64,000 nt of DNA, taken from the IMG/VR virus record IMGVR_UViG_3300042261_002385, positions 248,001 to 312,000 of that record. One strand, given 5' to 3'. Made by a program: the position numbers and the translations under genes. This document shows, one piece after another, positions 37,278 through 49,000 of the stretch (the first letter of the stretch is position 1; each line of letters opens with the position of its first letter). The notes beneath the pieces are model-generated. The model did not search any database. It was not told where the DNA came from and worked only from the letters and a program-made list of their open reading frames with translations.

Positions 37278-37832
37278 TTAATTTGAAATTTGTAGAGAAA
37301 TAGATCTTAAAAAATCTGAAGAGGACGAGTTTTGACCACCAAGTATGATGTAACCGGTAGTAGTCCAGTTAACTGCTGTGTAAAATACTCCTCTTCCAGT
37401 AGCTCCGTGACCCTCTATAAGACCACCATTCAATGAAGGAACCATATCATTTAGAGCATTGACAGCTGGATTAAGTGTCATAGTTCCATTACCGCCGCCT
37501 GTGATGTTACTAATTGCAAGTCTTCTTTGAAATAAGAATGTAACAGCATTAGAACTTGTCGATCTGAAAAATCCAAGACTAGTCGGTGTGTCTAAATCAT
37601 CAGTATTATTCCAGTAAAGTTGCAAACTACAAGTTCCGTTAGTTCCTGTTTTTGTAGTCATTGCTGTGACAGTAAGGATCTCAGATGCTGTAAACACATT
37701 ATCAACCCTGACACTTGACAATTTATAAAAAGCGGTCGAACTGTTTGTAGCTCCGTTGACCGAAGCAGTTGCAACTACCTTTTTAACTTTCAATCTATCT
37801 GGAAATTTTTGTCCATTTATTCTATTTGGCAT
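37278..37832 (-). CDS. Beta-rich virion accessory protein, paralogue 3 of 3
   Basis: TKTGTNG, YWNN, QRRLAI and VNWTTTGYIILGG segments. Confidence 0.55.
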   Translation of the reverse strand: MPNRINGQKFPDRLKVKKVVATASVNGATNSSTAFYKLSSVRVDNVFTASEILTVTAMTTKTGTNGTCSLQLYWNNTDDLDTPTSLGFFRSTSSNAVTFLFQRRLAISNITGGGNGTMTLNPAVNALNDMVPSLNGGLIEGHGATGRGVFYTAVNWTTTGYIILGGQNSSSSDFLRSISLQISN

Positions 37833-37847
37833 TTTATTTCTTAAATT

Positions 37848-40800
37848 TTAAATTTCTATCCAAGTATTATCAGGACAGAAGTATATAGTATTACTAGATA
37901 TCGCAAAACCAACTATTCTAATTATATCAAGTGTTGCAGTAGGAGCAGATTGTGTCATCGAACCAGCGACTGTGGATAAGTAAATTGCTCCTCCAACAGT
38001 CCAAGACCAAGAAGTATTTTCTACATAACCTCTAAGTAGCATACCAGAACTAGGTGTAGCACCTAAAGCTAACGATATAAGACCAGTTGCCGAAGACGCC
38101 GCATCGGCATCCGTAGCAGCCCAAGTAGAAGTAGATGTAAAATAGTAGGTGCTAAATGTCGCAATCGAAGTAGCAGCATTACCAAATGTTACAATGTCAC
38201 CATAACCACCATTAGCACTTAATACTGTTAATGGATTGTGTGTGAACCTATATCCACCGGATACACTTACTGTTCCTGTTACACCAAGTGTATTACCATC
38301 AAATGTTAAATTCGATTCAACTGTTGCGTTAGGAGCAGTAGAATCTAAAGTTATAAGACCATTATTAGTAGTCCCGGTCAGTGATAATAATCCACTAGTT
38401 CCAGAGGTTCCATTGGCACCATTAACTACCCATGATAAAGTATATGTTCTTCCACTTGTCAGTGAGCCATTACCACTTACATATGTTACAGAAATATCAA
38501 AATAAGTTGTGTTATTTTGCATATTAGAAATTCGAAAATGACCAATAACACTATTACTTCCAACTTCAGTTATCTGTAAAGTAGTTCTGGTAACGTATGA
38601 ACTAGTAATAAGTAAATTCCACCAAGCATTATAATTAGTAGTGTTTGAGTAATCTGTTTGGTGCACTGAAACCTTAATAATAGAAGATATAGTACTGGAA
38701 TCAGTTCTAAAGTATGTAGCTCCTGGGTCAGACCAAGCGAGAGTTGAGTCATAAAACCATCTACCACTATTTGAACCGTCATTTCCAGTTCCGGAAGTTC
38801 CTGATGTTCCAGCGCCTGATGTTCCTGATGTTCCGGTGGTTCCGGAAGAACCGGAAGTTCCTGATGTTCCTGATGTTCCAGTGGTTCCGGAAGAACCGGA
38901 AGTTCCTGATGTTCCAGTGGTTCCGGAAGAACCGGAAGTTCCTGATGTTCCTGATGTTCCAGTGGTTCCGGAAGAACCGGAAGTTCCTGATGTTCCAGTG
39001 GTTCCGGAAGAACCGGAAGTTCCTGATGTTCCTGATGTTCCAGTGGTTCCGGAAGAACCGGAAGTTCCAGTTGTGCCAGAAGTTCCTCTTGTCCCAGAAG
39101 ATCCACTAGTGCCGGAAGATCCACTAGTGCCGGAAGATCCACTTGAACCAGAAGATCCACTTGAACCAGAAGATCCACTTGAACCAGAAGATCCACTTGA
39201 ACCTGAAGATCCACTTGTGCCGGATGTTCCAGCAGCTGAGTTAATTGTTAATATATTTCCATTTGAGTCAAATCCAAGAGCTCCAAGCGCGGAACCTGGG
39301 AAATTACTTACATTATTATAACTTGGTAGTTGTAATTGACCAGTGATGTGATTTATTTGTAAATCCACAGCACTTGAAGTTGTATCAGATCCTTTTAATA
39401 TTCTAAAAGAATTCTGATAATTATCAATAGAAGATGCAGTGTTATAAACACCACCTCCAGACTGAAGTGTGATTTGACCTCCCTCACCAGAACCTGATCT
39501 TGCTCCTAAAAATAAATTTGCTTCAGTAGATGTCGTAGTTGTTCCAATAGCGACTGAGATTGAATTCTGAGTCGAAGACTGAGTAACTGTCAAATATGTC
39601 GCACCAACAGCAGAGTTTACCGAACCGTCAGATAACAGGACACGAAGGTTTCCAGGATTCGAAATTGTGTTAAAACCAGTTCCAGATGTACCACTTGTAC
39701 CCGAGCTACCACTTGAACCAGAGCTACCACTTGAACCTGAAGATCCACTTGAACCAGAGCTACCACTTGTACCCGAGCTACCACTTGAACCAGAGCTACC
39801 ACTTGAACCTGAAGATCCACTTGAACCAGAGCTACCACTAGTGCCGGAAGTTCCACTTGTGCCAGAAGATCCACTTGAACCTGAAGATCCACTTGAACCA
39901 GAGCTACCACTAGTGCCGGAAGTTCCACTTGTGCCAGAAGATCCACTTGAACCTGAAGATCCACTTGAACCAGAGCTACCACTAGTCCCGGAAGTTCCAG
40001 AACTACCAGAAGTTCCAGATGAACCACTAGTGCCGGATGTTCCGGGAACTGAAGCTGTCCAGAATGCCAAACCTGTCGCATCGGACATTAATATGTAGTT
40101 TGCCTGAGCTCCGGTAGTTAACTTAATTTGAGAGGCTGTAATTCCATTAACTCTCAAATTAGAATAAGACGAAATAGTAATATCACCCTGAGTCGTTGCA
40201 GAATTATTAGTTGAAACAGCAGCAAACTCATCAGCTGATTCATCCCAAATAAATGCTTGAGTTGCTCCAGTTCCTCGATTCACCATAAATCCAGAGTCTA
40301 ATGTTGGTGACCCAGATTGAGTTGATGCTAAAAGTATCAACGGATCTTGAACAGTAAGATTTGTTGTGTTGACTGTTGTAGCCGTTCCACTTATAGTCAA
40401 ATTACCAGAGACAGTGACGTTACCAGTTACCGCTAGTGTTGTGCCATCAAAGGTTAGATTAGATTCAACAGTAGCGTTTGGAGCTGATCCATCTAAAGTT
40501 ATAACTCCATTATTTGTTGTTCCAGTTAGTGATAATAAACCGCTAGAACCGGAGGTTCCTCTTGTACCTGAGGATCCAGAGGAACCACTAGAACCGGATG
40601 TTCCAGAAGATCCACTAGAACCTGATGAACCGGAAGAACCACTTGAACCTGATGTTCCACTTGTTGCGGAAGTTCCAGATGAACCAGAAGAACCACTAGA
40701 ACCAGAAGTTCCAGAGGAACCACTAGAACCAGAAGATCCACTAGAACCGGATGTCCCAGAGGAACCACTAGAACCAGAAGATCCGCTAGAACCGGATGTC

Positions 40801-42935
40801 CCAGAGGAACCTGAGGTGCCAGAAGTACCATTTGGACCAGCCACATTAAAACTAACAAAACATAAATCGTTGTTAGTAAAATTCGCATCACTAATAACAT
40901 TATTTAGTGTAATAGTCCACCAACCAGTGTTATCAGTAGTAGCACTGAACTCATAAGTTTGAAACCAAGTCAGGTCTGTCTGTTTAGTTATCTTAATGAA
41001 TCCTCTTCTAGAAACAGAACCGTAGTTTGATAATGAATTAAAAAATCCTTGTAAATCATTACTGAAACTATCAAATCGATCAATATATAGTGACGTAGCA
41101 CTACCCATCGTCAAGTTGTTTAATCTAAATATACCAACTCCTGGATCCCCAGCAGTCGTTGTAGTGCTATAAGTATATTCGAAACTAGCGGAGTCTATAC
41201 CATTAGCACCAGAGCTTCCAGATGTGCCAGATGAACCAGATGTTCCTCTCGAACCAGAAGTGCCAGAAGAACCAGAAGTGCCAGAGGTACCGGAAGTTCC
41301 TGAAGAACCTGAGGTGCCGGATGATCCACTCGAACCAGAAGTTCCTGAAGAACCTGAGGTGCCGGAAGTTCCAGAGGTGCCGGAAGTTCCGGATGAACCA
41401 GAGGAACCACTTGATCCAGAAGAACCTGAAGATCCAGAAGAACCACTTGATCCAGAAGAACCTGAAGATCCAGAAGAACCACTTGATCCAGAGGTGCCAG
41501 AGGTGCCTGATGTTCCCGAGGAACCAGAGGTGCCGCTAGAACCCGAGGTACCTGATGATCCACTCGAACCAGAAGTGCCAGAAGAGCCTGAGGTGCCGCT
41601 AGAACCTGAAGTGCCACTAGTACCAGAAGATCCACTAGAGCCAGAGGAACCACTCGAACCGGAAGTTCCTGATGTTCCGGAAGTTCCGCTAGAACCAGAA
41701 GATCCAGAGGTCCCGGATGTTCCAGGGATAGAAGCTGTCCAAAATGCTAATCCTGTTGCATCAGACATTAGTATGTAGTTTGCTTGAGCACCAGTAGTTA
41801 TCTTTATTTGAGATGTTGTTATACCAGCAGCTCTGAAATTAGAATAAGCAGTTATAGTAACGTCGCCCTGTGTTGTCGCTGAATTGTTAGTAGTTATTAC
41901 AGAAAACTCATCAGCTGATTCATCCCAAATAAATGCTTGAGTTGCCCCGGTTCCTCGATTTATCATGAACCCAGAGTCCAATGTGGGTGCTCCTGATTGT
42001 GTAGATGCTAATAATATTATAGGGTCCTGAACTGTTAAATTAGTTGTGTTGACTGTTGTTGCCGTTCCACTTATAGTTAAATTACCAGAGACAGTGACGT
42101 TACCAGTTACCGCTAATGTCGAACCATCGAAAGTCAGATTCGACTCAACAGTAGCATTAGGAGCCGAACCATCTAAGGTTATTACACCATTATTAGTTGT
42201 TCCTGTCAAACTTAGAGATCCACTGGATCCAGATGTGCCACTAGATCCAGAAGAGCCGGAAGAACCAGATGTTCCAGAAGACCCGGAAGTTCCAGATGTA
42301 CCACTTGTGCCTGATGAACCGGATGTACCACTTGTTCCAGAAGACCCACTAGATCCAGAAGACCCGCTAGATCCTGAGGAACCACTTGTGCCTGATGAAC
42401 CACTTGTGCCTGATGAACCACTTGTGCCTGATGAACCGGATGTGCCACTTGAACCAGATGACCCAGTTGTACCACTTGTTCCAGAAGACCCGCTAGATCC
42501 TGAGGAACCACTTGTGCCTGATGAACCGGATGTACCGCTTGAACCAGATGATCCAGATGAGCCACTTGAACCTGATGATCCGGATGTACCACTAGTTCCA
42601 CTAATACCAGATACAACTGATAAAACCCAATTGGTTCCATTACTTTCTAATGTTATTGATTGATACTGTGTGAGAGTTTGTGTTAAAGATCCATCTATTG
42701 TTTGAGAAAGAACTGTATTTACCGTTATTGTGCCGGATCCGCTGTTTTTTACAACATATATTTTACCGGCTATACTAACAGCAGATGGCAACGTAACTGT
42801 AAAAGTTCCAGAGCAGTCAATAAAATAATCAGTATCGATTATAGTATATGTAGATGTCTTACTTACATATGGAAAAGTTATTCCACCTAAAGATACGAGA
42901 CCTCTTCTGGTCACAAATTCGTTTGTTCCTGCCAT
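37848..42935 (-). CDS. 1695-aa fibre protein with Gly-[Ser/Thr]-Ser tracts and repeated beta modules
   Basis: Five G-X-Y tracts, two full and one truncated LSLTGTTNNG...AFWTAS modules, and a phage fibre-like C-terminus. Confidence 0.8.
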   Translation of the reverse strand: MAGTNEFVTRRGLVSLGGITFPYVSKTSTYTIIDTDYFIDCSGTFTVTLPSAVSIAGKIYVVKNSGSGTITVNTVLSQTIDGSLTQTLTQYQSITLESNGTNWVLSVVSGISGTSGTSGSSGSSGSSGSSGSSGTSGSSGTSGSSGSSGSSGTSGTTGSSGSSGTSGSSGTSGSSGTSGSSGTSGSSGSSGSSGSSGSSGTSGTSGSSGTSGTSGTSGSSGTSGSSGSSGSSGTSGSSGSLSLTGTTNNGVITLDGSAPNATVESNLTFDGSTLAVTGNVTVSGNLTISGTATTVNTTNLTVQDPIILLASTQSGAPTLDSGFMINRGTGATQAFIWDESADEFSVITTNNSATTQGDVTITAYSNFRAAGITTSQIKITTGAQANYILMSDATGLAFWTASIPGTSGTSGSSGSSGTSGTSGTSGSSGSSGSSGSSGTSGTSGSSGTSGSSGTSGSSGSSGTSGSSGTSGSSGTSGTSGTSGSSGSSGSSGSSGSSGSSGSSGSSGSSGSSGSSGTSGTSGTSGTSGSSGTSGSSGSSGTSGSSGTSGTSGTSGSSGTSGSRGTSGSSGTSGSSGANGIDSASFEYTYSTTTTAGDPGVGIFRLNNLTMGSATSLYIDRFDSFSNDLQGFFNSLSNYGSVSRRGFIKITKQTDLTWFQTYEFSATTDNTGWWTITLNNVISDANFTNNDLCFVSFNVAGPNGTSGTSGSSGTSGSSGSSGSSGSSGTSGSSGSSGSSGSSGTSGSSGSSGSSGTSATSGTSGSSGSSGSSGSSGSSGTSGSSGSSGSSGTRGTSGSSGLLSLTGTTNNGVITLDGSAPNATVESNLTFDGTTLAVTGNVTVSGNLTISGTATTVNTTNLTVQDPLILLASTQSGSPTLDSGFMVNRGTGATQAFIWDESADEFAAVSTNNSATTQGDITISSYSNLRVNGITASQIKLTTGAQANYILMSDATGLAFWTASVPGTSGTSGSSGTSGSSGTSGTSGSSGSSGSSGSSGSSGTSGTSGTSGSSGSSGSSGSSGSSGTSGTSGTSGSSGSSGSSGSSGSSGSSGSSGTSGSSGSSGSSGSSGSSGSSGSSGTSGTSGTGFNTISNPGNLRVLLSDGSVNSAVGATYLTVTQSSTQNSISVAIGTTTTSTEANLFLGARSGSGEGGQITLQSGGGVYNTASSIDNYQNSFRILKGSDTTSSAVDLQINHITGQLQLPSYNNVSNFPGSALGALGFDSNGNILTINSAAGTSGTSGSSGSSGSSGSSGSSGSSGSSGSSGSSGTSGSSGTSGSSGTRGTSGTTGTSGSSGTTGTSGTSGTSGSSGTTGTSGTSGSSGTTGTSGTSGTSGSSGTTGTSGTSGSSGTTGTSGTSGTSGSSGTTGTSGTSGAGTSGTSGTGNDGSNSGRWFYDSTLAWSDPGATYFRTDSSTISSIIKVSVHQTDYSNTTNYNAWWNLLITSSYVTRTTLQITEVGSNSVIGHFRISNMQNNTTYFDISVTYVSGNGSLTSGRTYTLSWVVNGANGTSGTSGLLSLTGTTNNGLITLDSTAPNATVESNLTFDGNTLGVTGTVSVSGGYRFTHNPLTVLSANGGYGDIVTFGNAATSIATFSTYYFTSTSTWAATDADAASSATGLISLALGATPSSGMLLRGYVENTSWSWTVGGAIYLSTVAGSMTQSAPTATLDIIRIVGFAISSNTIYFCPDNTWIEI
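38836..39067 (-). repeat. Exact alternating 45/36-bp (81-bp period) tandem repeat inside a G-X-Y tract
   Basis: Units start at 38836, 38881, 38917, 38962, 38998 and 39043. Confidence 0.9.
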
Positions 42936-43032
42936 TTATACAATTCTTTTTTCACTTTCCAAAAGAAATCAACATTATATATTAATTTAGTAAGACCTAA
43001 AAAGACTTATATTAATTTTTTCTGATCAAATA

Positions 43033-46000
43033 TTAAATACTTCTTAGAATTGTTTTGACTATCCAACCAGATGCATCGGCTGATGCTTGTAAAACCGCAT
43101 AAGTTCCTGAAATAATAAACGAGAATGTCACACCATTAGTTGTGCCAATATCTAATGTTGAATTATCAGTGAATTTCAAGTTGCTGCCATTCCATATCGC
43201 CATCAAATTTCCAGATCTGGCATTTCCTCCACTTGATAAGGTGTAATCCACAAAGGCTCCTGTATACGAAGCTGTCGCGAAAGAATAAATTGAATTGTTA
43301 CCAGAACTAAGTGTTACTTTTTTAGTTGTGTAAAGAGAAGGAACTTGCGAGTCACCAATCAAAGTAACGTCTCCAATGGAAAACACTTGTCCTGCTGGTG
43401 TATTTATTGTAAGAGAATTACCACTTGGAGTTCCAGATATAGTCATAGAACCAGTCAAACTCAACAATTGAGTATTAGGATTAAAAGTAAAATTAGGCTG
43501 AGCAACTGCTGAATTTGTAGAAGATCCAGTAGCTGTCAATATTCTAAAGTCAAGTGGTTGTAGTATAGTATTAAATCCTGTTCCAGAGGAACCACTTGTA
43601 CCGGATGTTCCACTAGAACCAGAAGATCCACTAGAACCGGATGTTCCACTAGAACCAGAAGATCCACTCGTTCCGGAACTACCAGATGTTCCACTTGTGC
43701 CGGATGTTCCACTAGAACCAGAAGATCCACTAGAACCGGATGTTCCACTAGAACCAGAAGATCCACTCGTTCCGGAACTACCAGATGTTCCACTTGTGCC
43801 GGATGTTCCACTAGAACCAGAAGATCCACTAGTCCCGGAAGTTCCAGGAACTGAGGCTGTCCAGAATGCCAACCCTGTCGCATCGGACATCAATATGTAG
43901 TTTGCTTGAGCTCCGGTTGTTATCTTAATCTGGGATGCGGTCAGGCCATTCACTTGTAAATTTGAATAACTACTTATATTTACAACATTTGTAGTAGAAG
44001 AGTCATTTGTGCTTACAACTGCAAAAGATTTTGCTGATTCATCCCAGATAAATGCTTGAGTTGCTCCTGTTCCTCGATTTATCATAAAACCTGAATCTAA
44101 GGTAGGAGCACCAGATTGAGTTGAAGCTAACAAAATCAGTGAGTCTTCAACTGTCAAATTGGTTGTATTTACAGTTGTTGATGTTCCACTAATAGTCAAA
44201 TTACCAGAGACCGTAACATCACCAGTAACTGCTAGTGTTGAACCGTCAAATGTTAGATTAGTTTCAACCGTAGCATTTGGAGCTGATCCGTCTAAGGTTA
44301 TTACACCATTATTTGTTGTTCCAGTGAGTGATAATAAACCACTTGAACCCGAGGTTCCAGAAGAACCGGAAGTTCCGCCTGTACCAGAAGAGCCGGATGT
44401 TCCAGAAGAACCAGAAGTTCCAGAAGTTCCTGAAGAACCGGATGTTCCGGATGAACCGGATGTTCCGGATGAACCGGATGTTCCTGATGTGCCGGATGTT
44501 CCCGAAGAACCGGATGTGCCGGATGATCCTGAGGATCCACTTGAACCTGATGTTCCACGAGTTCCAGAGCTACCAGCGGTTCCAGCCGAACCACTTGTTC
44601 CGTCAACTCCACTAAATCCACTTGTTCCGGATGTTCCTGTTGTGCCAGAAGAACCGGTGGTTCCTGAAGAACCTGACGAACCACTTGAACCAGAAGTTCC
44701 GGACGAACCAGAAGTTCCTGATGTTCCCGAAGATCCACTTGAACCACTAGAACCTGAAGTTCCAGATGAACCAGAAGTTCCTGATGTTCCCGAAGATCCA
44801 CTTGAGCCAGATGACCCTGAAGTCCCAGATGAACCCGAAGTTCCACTTGAGCCAGATGAGCCTGAAGTTCCTGAGGATCCACTAGTCCCGGTAGAACCAG
44901 AAGTGCCTGAGGATCCACTTGAACCTGATGTTCCTGATGTTCCACTAGAACCAGAGGATCCACTTGTTCCAGAGGTGCCACTTGTTCCAGAGCTGCCCGC
45001 TGATCCACTTGTTCCAGTAGAACCAGAGGTGCCACTTGAACCAGAAGTTCCAGAACTACCAGAAGTTCCAGAAGATCCACTAGTGCCGGATGTTCCGGGA
45101 ACTGAAGCTGTCCAGAATGCCAAACCTGTCGCATCGGACATTAATATGTAGTTTGCCTGAGCCCCGGTTGTTATCTTAATCTGGGATGCAGTCAGACCAT
45201 TCACTTGTAAATTTGAATAACCAGAAATAGTAATTGGACTAGATGTTGAATTGTCATTTGTAGAAACAGCGGCAAAGGACTGAGCTGATTCATCCCAGAT
45301 GAAGGCTTGTGTCAAACCAGTTCCCCTTCTAACCATGAAACCAGAGTCTAACGTTGGTGAACCAGATTGAGTTGACGCCAACAAAATTATTGGATCCTCT
45401 ACAGTCAAGTTGACAGTATCTATTGTTGTAGTTGTCCCACTTATAGTTAAATCTCCAGTTGCAACAATATTACCAGTAACAGTTAGTGTCGAACCATCAA
45501 ATGTTAGATTAGATTCAACCGTAGCATTTGGAGCTGAACCATCTAAGGTTATTACACCATTATTTGTTGTTCCCGTAAGTGATAATAGACCACTTGAACC
45601 CGAGGTCCCTCTTGTTCCAGAAGTACCTGAGGATCCACTAGTGCCGGTAGATCCAGAAGTACCTGACGATCCACTAGAGCCGGACGAACCACTAGAGCCG
45701 GATGTTCCAGAAGTGCCTGAGGTGCCACTAGAACCGGATGTGCCTGAGGTGCCACTAGAACCGGATGTGCCTGAGGTGCCACTAGAACCGGATGTGCCTG
45801 AGGTGCCACTAGAACCAGACGTTCCAGATGAGCCACTAGAACCAGAAGTTCCAGAACTACCAGAACTACCAGAAGTTCCTGATGATCCACTGGAACCAGA
45901 GGATCCACTTGAACCACTAGATCCAGAAGTTCCAGTAGAACCACTAGAACCAGAAGTTCCGCTTGAACCAGAAGATCCACTAGATCCAGAAGTACCGGAG

Positions 46001-49000
46001 GTTCCGTTTGTCCCTGAAGTTCCGGACGTTCCTGAAGAACCAGAGCTACCAGAAGTTCCTGAGGTGCCACTTGTACCCGTAGATCCAGATGTTCCACTAC
46101 TACCTGCGGATCCGGATGTTCCAAAAGTTCCAGATGTTCCATCAACTCCACTAAGACCACTAGTTCCTGATGATCCACTCGTTCCAGTAGATCCACTCGT
46201 TCCAGCAGATCCACTTGTTCCTGAAGTTCCTGATGTTCCACGAGTCCCGGATGAACCGGAAGTTCCACTAGAACCAGATGTGCCGCTTGTTCCAGAAGTC
46301 CCGGCTGAACCGGAAGTTCCACTAGAACCAGATGATCCACTCGTTCCAGAGGTTCCAGGAACAGAAGATGTCCAAAATCCTAATCCGGTCGAGTCAGACA
46401 TTAATATGTAGTTTGCTTGAGCTCCAGTAGTAATTTTTATTTGAGATGTAGTCAATCCACCAACTTGTAAATTTGAATAATTTAAAATACTAAGGGTTGT
46501 ATTTGTTGAACTATCATTCGTAGAAATAGCGACAAAAGATTTTGCTGATTCATCCCAGATAAATGCTTGAGTCGCTCCTGTTCCGCGATTTATCATAAAT
46601 CCAGAGTCTAGTGTTGGTGTTCCAGATTGAGTTGATGCTAAAAGTATCAACGGATCTTGAACTGTCAAATTAGTAGTATTAACTGTTGTAGAGGTTCCTG
46701 ATATAATTAAATTACCAGAGACAGTAACGTCTCCTGTCACAGCTAGTGTATTACCATCAAATGTTAGATTAGATTCGACAGTTGCATTAGGAGCCGAACC
46801 ATCTAAAGTTATTACACCGTTGTTAGTTGTTCCGGTAAGTGATAGTAAACCACTTGAACCAGATGTGCCGCTAGATCCCGATGTTCCTGTTGTTCCAGAT
46901 GAACCAGAAGATCCGGACGAACCGGAAGATCCACTTGAACCAGATGAACCAGAAGATCCACTAGTTCCAGAAGATCCACTAGTTCCAGCCGAACCTGATG
47001 TCCCATCAACACCACTAAAACCACTTGAGCCCGAAGTGCCTGAACTTCCCGAGGTTCCAGTAGAACCGGAGGTTCCTCTTGTTCCTGATGTTCCACTAGA
47101 TCCTGATGTGCCACTAGATCCAGATGTGCCACTAGATCCAGAAAAGCCAGATGTTCCAGAAGTGCCAGCTGTTCCAGAAGTGCCTGTAGTTCCAGATGAT
47201 CCTGAAGATCCACTTGAACCAGAAGATCCACTGGTTCCCGAGCTACCGGTTGAACCTGACGTTCCAGATGATCCACTAGTTGCGGAAGTTCCACTGGTGC
47301 CTGAAGATCCAGATGACCCGCTAGTTCCGGATGATCCACTTGAACCTGATGTGCCAGAACTTCCCGAGGTTCCAGAAGATCCAGATGTTCCGCTAGTTCC
47401 AGAAGAACCAGATGTTCCACTAGATCCAGAAGAACCAGATGTTCCGCTAGTTCCAGATGAGCCGGATGTTCCACTTGAACCGGATGATCCAGAAGTTCCT
47501 GATGATCCGCTAGATCCGGACGTTCCACTAGAACCAGATGCTCCACTGGTTCCCGAGGTTCCACTAGAACCAGACGACCCACTAGAACCAGAGCTACCTG
47601 ATGAGCCAGATGTTCCAGTTGTTCCACTAGAACCGGATGTTCCACTAGTACCTGATGAACCAGATGTTCCACTGGTTCCAGGAGTTGAAGATGTCCAGAA
47701 TGCTAATCCTGTTGAATCAGACATAAGTATGTATCCAGACTGAGCACCGGTTGTCAGTTTAAGTTGGGAAGCGGTGAGACCATTTAGTCTCAAATTAGAG
47801 TAAGAAGAAATATTCACATTTCCATTTACTGTGTGGTCATCATTTGTTGAAATTAGAGCGAATGTGTCATCAGATTCATCCCAAATAAAGGCTTGTGTCA
47901 CTCCAGTGCCACGAACAAACATGAAACCTTCATCTAGGCTTGGTGATCCACTTTGACTGTGCCCCAATGCTATTATCGGATCACTTACTACTAAACTACT
48001 TGTGTTTACAACTGAGGCCGAACCTAATACTGAGAAAGAACCAGTAACTACTAAATTTCCACTAATATTTAAAGTTGAACCATCAAATGTCAAATTAGAC
48101 TCAGCATTAGCAGCATTGACTGTCCCATCGGAAGTAAGTATTCTATTATCACCAGGGTTAGAAACTGTATTGAATCCAGTTCCACTAGAACCAGATGTCC
48201 CACTTGAACCTGATGATCCACTAGATCCAGAAGTTCCAGATGATCCTATCGGCGCTGGCATAACTTGCCAGTAAGCACCGGATGCTGACCATCCTAAGTA
48301 AGACATATCACTAATACTAGAAGTAGCATAATTTAATACATCATGTAATTCACTTAACTCATATCCTGTTTCTGGTCTTATAAAAATTGAACCCACTGAC
48401 GCATGAACTCTTACTACCCAACCGACTAAATTAGAGTGTAAAGGAGCATCTAATGGATTTTGAGTATAAGTTCCCGGAGTCGTGGATAAGTAGATTGGTA
48501 AACCGGCGGTTAGTCCAATTGTATTTAAGTTATTTACTATTCCGAAGTCTGTAACAAAACCTTCATTACCAGCTGGTATTGTTTCAGTTACCATTCCTAA
48601 AACATTTTGAGTCGATTCATTAGAAGCCGATGCTAGTTTCACTGATGGTCTATTACCTTGTGCTCCACTTATATAAACTAAATCACCATCATTCAGAGTT
48701 GTTCCGGAATCGTTATAAACTAAAACAACATTTTCAGAACCTATCTGTAAATTAACATTTCCTCCTTTAAGCACGACAGATGGAACACCATTACCATCAT
48801 CCCATCTTATTTCACCAGCAACTTGAGCAGGAACCCCACTATAAGTAAATCCAGTATCGAATTTTATAGACCCGGTTATACCTAATTGACTATATTGGTT
48901 AAATGTAAGATTTGTTTGTGCAACTGCCGAATTAGTAGAAGAACCTGTTGCGGTCAATATTCTATAGTCGGCTGGTTGTAATATTGTATTAAAACCAGTT

